Shown here piece by piece: positions 15,101 to 27,768 of a DNA stretch of 64,000 nucleotides. Every line of letters starts with the position of its first letter. Positions within the stretch are counted from its first letter, which is position 1. Source of the DNA: the human T2T-CHM13v2.0 reference genome, Homo sapiens; assembly GCF_009914755.1 (NCBI RefSeq), contig NC_060936.1; one strand, given 5' to 3'. The translations under genes were made by a program, and so were the position numbers. Under the pieces are notes generated by a model. The model did no database searches. It was not told where the DNA came from and saw only the letters and a program-made list of their open reading frames with translations.

Positions 15101-16588
15101 AATTTAACACCTACTGAACGAATGGAAATGATTCTCAGTTGTGTTTATACACTGAGAAAATTTTAAAGTTTCCCTATCCAGGGTCCAAGCAGCGGCATAT
15201 CTTCAAGCTCTGCCAAGTGCAGACAGAGCCCCCTTGGCTCACGTTGCCGTGGATCAGAGAATACCAAACCCTGCAGCTACCCATGTGAACGATGGAATGT
15301 AAAAGCTAAACTAAACCCATTCCCACTCCCCGCTTGGCTTTGACGCAGGGGTGGTGGTGGAGAGGATTCACTAAGTGTGCCCCGCTTTGCTCCCTCCCAG
15401 CACGCAGGGCTCCATGTTGTCCTGAGCTTGGCTGTCCAGCTCTTGTTGCCCTGACTACCTTCAACTCTTAAAATCCCGCCAGGAGATCAAAATGACAGGA
15501 AAAGCAAAGGGAAAGAACCTAGAGAAGGAATGGCAACCTTCCAGTCGAAAATCCCCAAAGCAGTGTTTTTTGACTCCTAGTGCAACAAGTGACCCTCTCA
15601 AGCGGCTCTTGAAACCACGCAGCCCGCAACTCGGGGATCCACCTCGCGTGCGCCCGAGGAGCACAGCAGGCTGGACACACCAACCTTTTCCCCAACCGTG
15701 ACCCAAACAGTGGCTTGGATTCGATCCTTTCCACCCCCAAGCCTTGAGGAAAATCCACTTGAGACTTTTTTCCATCTCCAGATTTCCGACGGTCGATATC
15801 CTCCTGCATCCAGCCCATTTCCTAGTTTCCTGAAGGGTAGGGAGGACGTCTGTGAGTTGGATGTCTGAGAGCGTGCGTGTGCTAGGGATTTTAAACGTCT
15901 CCCCTCTCTTCCACTTCTTCGATATGTGCTCTGAGCTTTAGGTGTCGCCTCACAAATGGGATCAATAATCCTTGTTTTACCAACTTTGTCATGAAACCCT
16001 AGAAAATCATATATATTAAAAGGGCTTTAGAAATTGTCAGGTGCCCGACAGGTTGCAGCCGCGGGTTACCTCGGAGGCCAAGGCAGCCACCTCTGCAAGG
16101 GAGTTCTGCGTCCAAGCATGGCTTGTCCGTCCCGCCTGGCCCCCATCAACAAGGCCGGGACCAGCGGCCGGTGGAACGAGCGAGAGCAGCCCTAGTCCCA
16201 CAGGTGAGCCGCCCCCACAAGCAGCCAAGCCGCGAGCCGTCCCGGCGCCGTCACCGCCCGCACTCACTTCTCCACTCCGGGAGGTAGATGGGAGGCGTGG
16301 GAGAACGCGGAGAGGCGCGGCGAGGCTGGGAGCGGGAGACGGCGCCGGGAGGCGGGAAGCGGACCAGAGAATGGGAGAAGCCCGGCAGGTGGACAGGAGG
16401 AAACAAAACCCAAACGCCCCACCCTCGAAGTCGTCAGGAGCTGAGCGAAGGAAGGAGCGAGGTAGGAAAGCGTGGCGCCCCAAATATGCCGCGGGAGCGG
16501 CGCGGGAGGCGCAGAACCCCGGAGCTTGCAGCCTAGCGCGCGGGGTCCCAGCGGAGCGCGAGGACGCGAGCGGAGCCCTCCCGGTTAC

Positions 16589-16739
16589 CTGTGCTGCTTC
16601 CGCCCTGGCTGCCCCTGTCCCGAGGGAAGATGCCCGAGCACTTCTCCCACTCCACCTGGCCGGCGAAGCACAGCTCGGTGACGATGTGCAGAGCCTTCTG
16701 GCACAGACTGTTCACTCCGTCCTCCTTGTGGAAACTCAT
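16589..16739 (-). CDS. SYT10: Synaptotagmin-10 coding exon 1 (luminal N-terminus; 151 nt, ends in phase 1)
   Basis: ATG at 16739 (gccaaacgATGa). Translates MSFHKEDGVNSLCQKALHIVTELCFAGQVEWEKCSGIFPRDRGSQGGSST, the SYT10 N-terminus, with Cys13/24/34 of the Syt3/6/9/10 luminal cysteine motif. Donor ACAG|gtaacc at 16589/16588. Confidence 0.97.
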
Positions 16740-16884
16740 CGTTTGGCTTTTCTTTCGTTTTCTCTTTTTTTCCCAGTTAGCCGTCTTTTCCTCTTCCCGT
16801 ACCTCTAACCCCTCTGGCGCCCTAAGCCATAGTCCGCCCGCGGTGACTTTGGCTGGAGATTGCGCCGCTGAGAGCCGGCAACTC

Positions 16885-16908
16885 TTAGGAGCCCCACGTT
16901 GGCCCCAT
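16885..16908 (-). promoter_or_regulatory. Upstream ORF (MGPTWGS*) in the SYT10 leader
   Basis: cccgccATGGGGCCAACGTGGGGCTCCTAA; G at -3 and +4; out of frame with the main ATG and ending 145 nt before it. Confidence 0.6.
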
Positions 16909-17239
16909 GGCGGGAGCGGAGGGCGTAGGGGAAGGAGAGGCGCGCGAGGAGGCTGCGGCTGCGGCGAGGTTTGCGCCAACTCTCCCGCCGCGCGAGCGAG
17001 CCGAGGCGCGCTGGAACTAGAGACCCGGCATGGAGTGCTGAGGGGAGGGGGGAGCCGTAAAAAAGCCAAAGCAAGCCCTCGACTCGCAAGCACGCCCCCC
17101 TCCTCTCCCCAGCGCACTGGTGTTTCTGGCGGGTGCCTGGCGGCGACGCGTCCAATCGCAGCCCGGCGCGGGCGCTAGGTGACAGGCGGCGGAGCGCGCA
17201 GACCCGGCTCCCCGCGTCCTCTGAAGAAGGGACTCGCGA

Positions 17240-17262
17240 GGGAGGGAGGGAGGGAGGGCGGG
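17240..17262 (+). promoter_or_regulatory. G-quadruplex-forming motif (GGGA)4GGGCGGG
   Basis: Six GGG tracts separated by 1-nt loops. Confidence 0.7.
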
Positions 17263-17722
17263 CGGCCCGGCGCCCCTGCCGAGGCCGGGGATGCTCATCG
17301 TTGCCCAGAGTTGGCCCGAGGAGCCCTCTCCGTTTTCCCAATACTTTTCCCTGCATCAGTGCAGCCATCCCCGCCGCCTTTGTCTCTCCAACTTTTCCAC
17401 GGATGTATCCTACTTTCTGTGCTATCTGCTTCTGCCCTTCTGGAAAAGTCATCCCAATCGAAGAAAAACTGAAAAAGTTAATTAGAAAAAAGAATGCGTG
17501 AATAAGCAAACCCTCTTAGGTAGATCACAAAATAAAATGTTATTTGTACTAATAATCAGATAAGATTCTGTCGATTAATCCGTAATTGGCGATTGAGAAT
17601 GCACAACTTGACTCCCTCCATCTCCTTTCTTAGCGACTTAAAACAAGACATGGGTGTTAAAGGGAACAGGATTAAGTTCAAATCTGTCACACATCTCAGC
17701 CTAACCTTGAAGTTGTTTTCAG

Positions 17723-17917
17723 GTCTTGGCGATCCTCCTACTTCAGCCTCCCTAGTAGCTAGGACTCCAGGGACTCCAGGCGCTATTTTTTTTTTTTAAA
17801 CTTATTGTAAAGACAAGGATCTCACTATGGTGCCCTGGCTGGTCTCGAACTCCTGGGCTCAATCAATCCTACCGCCTTAGCTTCCCAAAATGCTGGCACT
17901 AGCCACCACGGCCGGCC
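17723..17917 (-). mobile_element. AluJ fragment (left arm plus part of right arm)
   Basis: ggtctcgaactcctgggctcaa...gccaccacggccggcc. Confidence 0.85.
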
Positions 17918-19945
17918 TGCTTTCGGGTCTTTGCCTGAGTCTGTAAAATGGGAGATTTGGACTCGGATGTCTTAAGCTCACCTGTTTTTATAATTCTTTA
18001 ATGCAAATGGGTGCAAATCAGTAGAACTAAAGCGACAAAATAATAAACATGGGCTTCAGGATATAATATGTTTATATGGTTTTTAAACTGTTTTCGGGCA
18101 GAGTTTGATCCCATATCATAACCTGAGGATTGATTTAACCCTCTTGTGATGAGGGATTCTTTATTTTTGAAGTGGGATACATTGAACTTGTTAGCGTGTC
18201 TATGCTAGTAGAATAAGTAGTCTTTTTTAAAAACAGCTAATCAGTTCATGGTAAATTATTTGCTTTGCACAGGACTATGGTAAACCTAGTATAAATATTA
18301 GGCATAGCACTCCAGTAGGGAAGCATTCATTAGTTGAATCATTTTGACCTGATCCATAGGACGATTGGTTTAACTAGGACTATTTTTACCACGAATTAAG
18401 ACAAACTAAAATCTGCAGGCTTCATTTGGTTTTTGTCTTTATGCACACTGACTTGGGTGGTTTTTAAGTCAAATTGTCTAAAGAAATAATTTCACTGTCA
18501 ATCAAAAAATATTAAACATCTACTGTATGCACAAAACTAAATAACACACTTTAATAAGGCCCTTTCCAATTGCCTTTTGCCCCCCATTCTGCTACAGTCT
18601 ACACAGACAGACCGGTAGAAAACAGCCTGCAATGCAATGCTGTACTTTCATATTTACCATATGAACTAATTGCTGTGTAGGAGGACCAAATGAGTAATTA
18701 TCTTTATACTACTTACAGATTCTAATTGCTTAAGTGGAGTAATGCAGAAGGTCTCCCTAATGACCCTCTTGTGTTTGATTTCAGTGTTAAACATTAGGTA
18801 AACAAATTCTGAAAATAACTTTCCTGGTATTTGTTTATGCTGTTCCTGGCCTGTTGCTACTCTTACTGCTGTGTTTTCACAACAAGCAGAGTTAATTTCA
18901 CTTGGATATTCGTTTTTCTGAATTCATTTCTCTGAAAAAAATTTTCTTTCATCTAAAATGAATATCACAGGTTTTGATTTTTTTCTTTGTTCTTTGGACC
19001 ATCTCGCAGCTCATTAGCAGGTGAATCAAAACAGTTTTGTTTGTCACTAACTAAAAGCTCAGGTAAGAATTTTGGGCAAAGTAAAAACTGCATTGAAGGT
19101 CATCTTTTTCAATGCTGAAGGATAAGATGACAAGAATTTCAATTTTCAGTCTTTAAATTTTTTTTCCAACTATTTCAGCTACCAAGAACCTAAAAAGTAA
19201 ATCAAGCAATACAGATTTGCATTTACTTCCCCACTCACACTCTGAAGGAATTGGTGAAATAGTAAAAGGAGAGGAGTGCAGGTTAGACTGATATTTACTG
19301 AGCATTGTTGGCTGTGCTGAGTACTATAGTAGCCATTGTTAGTCAAAAAAATACTAGCTGTAATGATCTCTGTCACAGCTTCCTTCTGGATGACCTCTAC
19401 GTTATGTAGAGGAGGGATTGGTTTGGAAATAAGGAGCCCAGGAAAAACCCGTGTGAACTAAGCATACCTGTTAAGTGACAATTTTAAACATTCAAAACTC
19501 TGATTTCCCTACTTGCTCAATCCTCTTTCAATTCCTTCTTGCCCTTTCTCGTTCATATCGTGGGGGAGGGAGAGTTAGCTTGTTAGGCAGAGATCTCTCT
19601 ACGGTAAGGGGAACTTGGGAATCACTCTAACACTATAATTTTAAATATTATTTGACCTCCAAAACAGGAACTAAGAGAGTAGGTAAATGAAGAAATCTCA
19701 GAGCAGCTGAATGAAGATCACAGAAAATTATTAAATTTGAACTTACTTCAAGTGTTACTACTTTCCTTTTCTGTATTCTATTGGCAGCTCAGATTCATAA
19801 CAGACCAGTTGTAACTTTCTGTATACACTTGGGGCTGGTCCCGTATTCCTCAATTCAGAAAATGGAATTGCCACTCACTGCCAACTGGTGATCATGATGA
19901 CCAAACTTCTGGCTTGCACAGAAGAAATGAGAAGTCCAGTTCTGA

Positions 19946-20303
<358 letters not shown>

Positions 20304-20329
20304 TAATACAACCCAATTCATCACTCTGG

Positions 20330-21680
20330 AAGATTTGGTGTCTTCTCTTTTTCCATTATGTTCAATTTGTTCATTTTTCCTGATGGATACCCAGTGAGCA
20401 TTTCAATCTGAGACTCAATGTTGAGTTCTTCAATTCCAAGAATTCTATTGATTTATTCCTTCAGTAATGTTCTAACTTCCATTTTTTTTCTGTGCAGTCC
20501 CTTACTAGAACTACTTTTTTGTTGGATTTTTGACTGCTAGGACTGAATCGCCAATTTTCACTTCTCTTCTATTTTCCAATTTTGTCACCTTACTCCTTGT
20601 GCTTTAATTTTGGGGAGATTTCCTTTGACCTTGTTCTCTGAGCTTTCTATTAAACTACTATGATTTCATCTTTTATAGTTCTAAGATCTGTATACTTTTT
20701 GGCTTAGTGATTCTTTTTTCTTATTTCATGAATGAAAATCTTTTCTTATTTGTCTGACCATATTAATTATGTATATTTAACACGCTTTCACCCTCGTTTT
20801 AGTCTTGTCATCTTTTTCTCTGAATAACTCTTTTTTTGTTGTTGTTGTTCTGTTCTTTATGTTGGAGGATTTTTTTCTCAGGTGTCTGCTGATCCCTGGA
20901 TCTCCATTTAAAAACACTGTAATATGGATTTGCAGGACCAAGTGCATCGGTAAGACACAGAAACAATGAGCATCACTGAAGGGCAATTCAGAACTGAGTT
21001 GTACTTTTAATTGGAACACCCCAAATATCCGTTATCAACAGCTTTATTCTCTGGAGTGATTCAATTCTTTTCAGAGAGGGACTATCTAGTCTCTCACCAG
21101 GGATGTAAGGTAGTAATTAAAATCTGCCTGCTTTTACTTAATCCTCCTTCTTCAGTCTGTCGCCCGACTCTGTCCTCTTTTGGGTCTGGTGTCCAGCATC
21201 TAGAGCCTTTCAAGGTTAATATTTCTGGGCAAAACAAAGCATAAAACAAACCTCTTTTATTTGCAATTTGGCGAAGGGTAATAATTAAAGATGTGTGGGT
21301 GGAGACTTGAGCTTCAAGACATCTTAAGAATTACATTGACCCCCAACCCCTGCCTTTTTAGCCTCTTGTCTTACCCCCACCTTCTGCAGAATGAATATGA
21401 GGTGTTTCCATCTCTGTTTTTTTTTCTGGGTCTCTCTGGGGTGAATCACTAGCTTCTCATTGCTGTCTGCCTCTAGAGGTTTAAGCTCTCTCTGCTTAGC
21501 AAGTCAGTGACTGCTTCTTCACCAGCTTCCATCTTCTAAACCTATTAACATCTTTTGTCTTTTTTTTCTTTTTAGTCTTTTTGTTCTTTTGGGTTTATAG
21601 CCTTTTATAGCTTTACTCTCATTGCAGTGTCATTTCAGGAGCAGGAACACAAGCACACAAATTCTTAATTTATCATATTT
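20330..21680 (-). mobile_element. Very old L1M fragment (5'/ORF1 region)
   Basis: T-rich antisense L1-like text; highly degraded. Confidence 0.4.
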
Positions 21681-22099
21681 AGCTGTTTAAAAAGGCAATT
21701 CTCATTGTGCCACTATTTAAAACTTTCCAGTGGCTTCCAACTGTGCTTTAGATTTATTGAATACCTTCAGTGTGGTCTGTAAAGCCTTACCTGACCTGAC
21801 TTCTGTCTATCTTCTTTATTGTTTTCTGAGTTGACTGTGTACTTTCTTTTCATCCTCAATTTCTCCTTTGCAGCACAAATCATAATTAAAGTCAAATAAT
21901 TTGTTGTAAGCTCTGGAAGGAAGGAAACATTTATTGCTTTATCACTGCTCTTTTTCTAGTGCTTCACACTGTGCCAGCAGTAATAGCTATTCGATAAACC
22001 TTTGTTGATGAGTAGATTGTTACTTCTTAACCCTATCTCTTTCTCTGTAGTTATCATCAGTAATAAGAGCCATTAGTTACTTATTTCAGAAATATATAG

Positions 22100-22456
22100 T
22101 ATATTAGTCTGCTCTCACACTGCTAATAAAGGCATACCTGAGACTGGGTAATTTACAAAGGAAAGAGGTTTAATTGACTCACAGTTCCACATGGTTGGGG
22201 AGGCCTCCCAGTCATGGCGGAAGGCGAACGAAGAGCAAAGTCATATCTTAAGTGGTGGCAGGCAAGAGAGGTTGTGCAGGGCAACTGCCATTTATAAAAC
22301 TATCAGATCTCATGAGACTTACTCGCTACCATGAGAACAGTATGGGGGAAACCACCCCCCATGATTCAATTATCTTCACCTGGCCCTACCCTTGACACAT
22401 GGGGATTATTACAACTCAAGGTGAGATTTGGGTGAGAACAGAGCCAAACCATATCA
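22100..22456 (-). mobile_element. THE1 solo LTR (THE1B/C-like)
   Basis: tatattagtctgctctcacactgctaataaa...cctgagactgggtaattt...cagagccaaaccatatca, ~357 bp. Confidence 0.92.
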
Positions 22457-22749
22457 CCAGGGTATGTAATAGAAACTAGTAAACCATTCTATTCCCAGGA
22501 AGGAAGAAGGACCACAAGGAAGAGCAAGTGGCAGTATATCCTTTCAGAAGGAAAAAGATGGCCATTTATATCTCAGGAACAGTCACCCACCCTTGATACC
22601 TGTTTTGTGTCATGTCTGTGTTATATGTTGTACATCTATGCTTAATAATCATAATCATAATCATTATTTGATATATAAGCTATAAAACTAAGTAGTTTTC
22701 AAGCTAATTGTTATAGTATTAATATCTTATATATGAGCTCATTTAGAAT

Positions 22750-22960
22750 AGTGACAGACACAGTTATAAGCTTTTTACATACATTTGCTATTTAATTTTC
22801 ACAATAAACTTGTGTAATAGATATTTTTATTCATATTGTACAGTTGAAAAAACCACTTCAGAGAGTTTAAGTAGCCTCTCTTAGGGTATACAGCCATTGA
22901 TAATAGAGTCTGGTTTCCAACTAAGACCTTAAGTTGCAGAATTTAGGTTCTTAGCTATTG
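22750..22960 (-). mobile_element. MIR SINE
   Basis: ttaattttcacaataaac...cagagagtttaagtagcc. Confidence 0.55.
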
Positions 22961-24471
22961 TTGTATGCTGCTGCTTCTCATCTATCCTCATAAGGTGTCT
23001 ACAGAGCAGGCAGAAAGGTATTAAAGGATCATTCAGCCAGGAAGGTGAATTGATAAAGGCGTGAAATGATAAAAGTATGGCCTTTATCTATTTCTCCATT
23101 CACATTAGCAACCAATCCATGACCCTACTAGTTATACCATTTAAGAACCTAGCATGAACCTTGTCCTATTCTTTTTCTCTCCCATATAAGTAAATAAGCA
23201 TATGGATGGACACATGTATAGATGTTACACTGTTGTTGTCTGTTTTCCAAAATGGTGCAGTTCTTACCCAACTGTAACTAATGAAAATCCCTTCAGTTTG
23301 ACTGATGTAGTTTTAATGAAATATTTTTTCTTGCTTTTTTGAGGTATAATTGACAAATAAAAAAAGTACACATTCAATGTGTGTAATGTGATGATTTGAT
23401 ATAGCTATACGTGGTAGATGATTACCACAATCAATTTAAATAATATATCCATCATTACTCATAGTTACCATTTTGTGTGTGTAGGGTAAGTTAGTGAAGA
23501 CACTACAGATCTCCAGGAATACCTGGGAGATATTGTGGGTTTGGTTCCAGATCACCTCAATAAAGTAAATATCATAATAAAGCGACAAAATGTCATCAAA
23601 AAGTCACAGCATATTTTTGGTTTCCCAGTGCTTATACAATTTATCTTTACACATACTGTAGTCTATTAAGTGTGCAATAGTACAATGTCTAAAAAGCAAT
23701 ATATATGCCTTAATTAAAAAATACTTTATTGCTAAAAAATGCTAATGATCATCTGAGCCTTCAGCGAGTTGTAGTCTTTTTTGCTGGTAGAGGGTCTTGC
23801 GTCGATGTTGATGGCTGCTGACTGATCGAGGGTGGTTGCTGAAGGTTGGGGTGGCTGTGGCAATTTCTTACAATAAGACTGCAATAAAGTTTGCTTCACC
23901 AGTCAACTCTTCCTTTCACAAAAGATTTTTCTGTGCTTTTTGATATCATTTTACCCACAGAAGAATTTTGTCCAAAATTGGAACCAATCCTCTTAAATCC
24001 TGTTGCTGCTTTGTCAACTAAATTTATGGAATATTCCAAATACTTTGTTGTCATTTTAACAGTGTTTCCTGCATGTTCATCAGGAATAGATTCCATCTCA
24101 AGAAACCACTTTCTTTGCTCATTTATAAGAAGCAACTCTTCCTGCGTTCAGGTTTTATCATGAGATTGCAGTAATTCACATCTTCAGGCTCACCTCTAAT
24201 TTTAGTTCTCTTGTTATTTGCACCACAGCTGCAGTTACTTCCTCCACAGAAGTCTTGAACCCCTCAAAGTCATCCATGAGGGTTGGAATCAATTTCTTCC
24301 AAACTCCTGTTCATGTTTATGTTTTGGCTGCCTGCATGAATCATGAATCTTCTTAATGGCATCTGGAAGGGTCAATCTTTTCCAAACGGCTTTACATTTA
24401 CTTTGCCCAGAACCATCAGAGGAATCACTATCTACAGCAGCTATGCCCTTATCAAGAGTGTTTCTTAAATA

Positions 24472-24808
24472 CTCATGTCCTTTGCAGCAACAAATATGCA
24501 GCCAGAGGCCATTATCCTAAGTGAGTTCATGCAGGGACAGAAGACCAAATACTGCATGTTCTTGCTTGTAAGTGGGAACTAAACATTGGGTACTCATGGA
24601 CATAAAGATGGCAACAATAGGCACTCGAGACTACTGGGGGTGGGGGAAGGAGGACAGAAAGGATTGAAAAATGAATTGTTGGGTACTATGCTGAGTACCT
24701 GGGTGATGGGATCATTTGGACCCCAAACCTTAGCATCATGCAATATACCCAGGTTACAAACCTGCATATGTACCCCCTGCATCTAAAATAAAAGTTTAAA
24801 AAAAAAAA
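24472..24808 (+). mobile_element. 5'-truncated L1 3' end (L1PA15/16- or L1PB-like)
   Basis: tcatgtcctttgcagcaaca...aagtgggaactaaacattgggtac...aacctgcatatgtacccc...AATAAA followed by poly(A). Confidence 0.88.
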
Positions 24809-25834
24809 GAACTGTGAGAGCCATGTACAGGAAATGTATCAAAATGGAATAAGAACAAAAGCTTAATGAATCAACATTTATAAAAACCCCCACAACAACA
24901 ACAACAAAAAGTATTTCTGAAATAAAAGACTTGAAAATCAAAATTACTCCTTGGTACATGGACGGCAGTCATGAAAACAACATTAATCGCTTTGTATATC
25001 TCCATCAGAGCCCTTGGATTTCTAGGTGCATTGTCAATGAACAGTAATATTTTGAAAGGAATCTTTTTTCTGTGCATTAAGTCTCAACAGTGGGCTTAAA
25101 ATATTCAGGAAATCATGCTATAAACAGATGTGCTGTCATCCAGCCTTTCTTGTTCCATTTAGGGAGCCCAGGCAGAGCAGATCTAGTATCATTCTTAAGG
25201 GTCCTAAGAGTTTTGAAATGGCAAATGAGCGTTGGCTTTCACTTAAAGCCACCAGCTGCACTAGCCCCTAATAAGAGAGTCAGCCTGTCCTCTGAAGCCA
25301 GGCACTGACTTCTCCTGTCTCCTATGAAAGTCCTAGATGGCATCTTCTTCTAATAGAAGGCTGTTTCATCTATATTGAAAATCTGTTGTTTAGTGTAGCC
25401 ACCTTCATCCCTGATCTTAGCTAGATCTTCTAGATAACTTGCTGCAGCTTCTTGCTTCACCTTGCACTTTTATGTTGTGGAGATGGCTTTTCCCTTAAAC
25501 CTAATGAACCAGTCTCTGCCAGCTTACAACGTTTCTTCTGCAGCTCCCTCACCTCTCTCAGCCTTCATGGACCTGGAGTGAGTTAGGGCATTGCCCTGGA
25601 TTAGAGGTTTGATCTTCTATCCAGACCAGTAAAACTTTCTTCATATCAGCAACAGGCTGTTTTCACTTTCTTATCATTTGTATGTTCACTGGAGTAGCGC
25701 TTTTAATTTCTTTCAATAACTTTTTATTTGTATTCATAACTTGGTTAACTGATGCAAGAGGCCTAGCTTTCAGACTCTCTTGGCTGTAGACATGCCTTCT
25801 TCACTAAGCATAGTCATTTCTAGCATTTTATTTA

Positions 25835-26227
<393 letters not shown>

Positions 26228-26422
26228 CTAGTTAGTAGTTGGCCTAATTTTAGTATTGTATCTCAGGGAATAAAGAGGCCCAGTGAGAGGGAGAGAGATA
26301 GGAGAACGGCCGGTTGGTGGAGCAGTCAGAACACACAAAATATTTATCAGTTATGTTGCTGTCTTTTATGGGTGTGGTTTATTTTACTTCAAAACAATTA
26401 ATATAGTAATATCAAAGATCAC

Positions 26423-26844
26423 TGTGTTAGGCCATTCATTGTTGCATAGCTATAAAGAAATACCTAAGACTAGATAATTTATAAGAATAGAGATTTAATT
26501 GGCTCACAGTTCTGCAGGCTGTAGATGAAGTATAATGCCAGCATGTGCTTCTGGGGATGGCTTAGGGAAATTTTATGCTGGAAGCTGAAGTGGGAACTTG
26601 CACGTCACATGGTGAAAACAGGAGCAAGAGAGAGGGGATTGGGGATAGAGGTGCCACACCCTTAAACAACCAGATCTCATATGAACTTAGAGAGAGAGCT
26701 CACTTATCACTAAGAGGATGGTCCAAGCCATTTATGGGGGATCTGTCCTCATGATCCAAACCCCTTTCATCAGGCCCCAACTCCAACACTGGGGATTACA
26801 TTTCAGCATGAAATTTGGTCAGGACAAATATCCAAACTGTATCA
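26423..26844 (-). mobile_element. MSTA/MSTB solo LTR
   Basis: tgtgttaggccattc...atccaaactgtatca with perfect 5-bp TSD ATCAC. Confidence 0.92.
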
Positions 26845-27768
26845 ATCACTGATCACATATCATCGTAAAACACATAGTTATGTTTTAAGTTTCATAATTT
26901 TCAAATATTTTGTGTGTTCTGACTGCTCCACCAACCGGCTGTTCTCCTATCTCTCTCCCTCTCATCGGGCCTCTTTATTCCCTGAGATACAATACTAATT
27001 TTAATAATAATGAAAATGTTTGAATATTGCAAAAATTATGAAAATGTGACAGACATGAAGTAAGCACATGCAGTTGGAAAAATGGTGCCAATACACTTGC
27101 TCAAGGCAGGGTTGCCACAAACCTTCAACTTGTAAGCAGCACAATATCTGTGAAGTGCAATAAAATGAAGCACGATAAAACGAGCTATGCCTGTCTTCTC
27201 AGCATATTTCAAGTAAACAATATGGTATTGTTAATGATAGTCACTATGCTGTACATTAAATCTCCAGTGTGTACAGCATGATGAGTAATTATTTTTAATG
27301 ACTAGAAACATTTCAAGATGATGATATGCCATAATTTATTCAACTATTTCCCTACTGATGCAGATTTTTTAACTTTAGCTATTTATTACAATGGGCCATG
27401 TTGCAGTGAATGTACTTGTAATATTTACTTAAATACTGATAATTTTATTTACTTTATCTATATTTCCAAGGAAGAGAATTCTGCTATATGAAATTACATT
27501 TAAATTCACATTTCTACCAGAAACATATAAGATTATCCTCTTTTGCACACCCTGCTTACAAAAATAGATGTTAGTACTTTTAAATTCCTGCCATTATTTT
27601 GAGTGTATTATTTTCAAAGACTGCCCTGTGTTTATATGTAAACACTTATGCAAATTTTTATTTATATAATGTATATGCCTATCAGTGAAATTAAAATTAA
27701 AATGTAAAATATATTTATTTGTAATTAAAAAAAGGAATGTGAGATTAACCATTGCTTCTTTTCTAAAC

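Larger units (their letters stand above)
16030..17400. promoter_or_regulatory. SYT10: CpG island / SYT10 promoter and 5'UTR
   Basis: Abrupt GC- and CpG-rich block in an AT-rich background, spanning exon 1, with a weaker shoulder down to ~15600. CCAAT at ~17152 and GC boxes near 17256-17265. The TSS cannot be fixed from sequence alone. Confidence 0.9.

Noticed and set aside
15661-15680. Possible REST/RE1 site (cagcaggctggacac)
   Set aside because: Mismatches in the invariant CAGCACC and GGACAG cores.
16037-17509. Many long overlapping ORFs (up to 255 aa) on both strands of the CpG island
   Set aside because: Low-complexity Ala/Arg/Pro/Gly products expected from stop-poor GC-rich DNA; only the SYT10 exon-1 frame has family similarity and splice support.
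27246-27279. 10-bp inverted repeat (ATGCTGTACA/TGTACAGCAT) at the L1MA truncation junction
   Set aside because: Could be a fold-back at integration, but too short and old to support.
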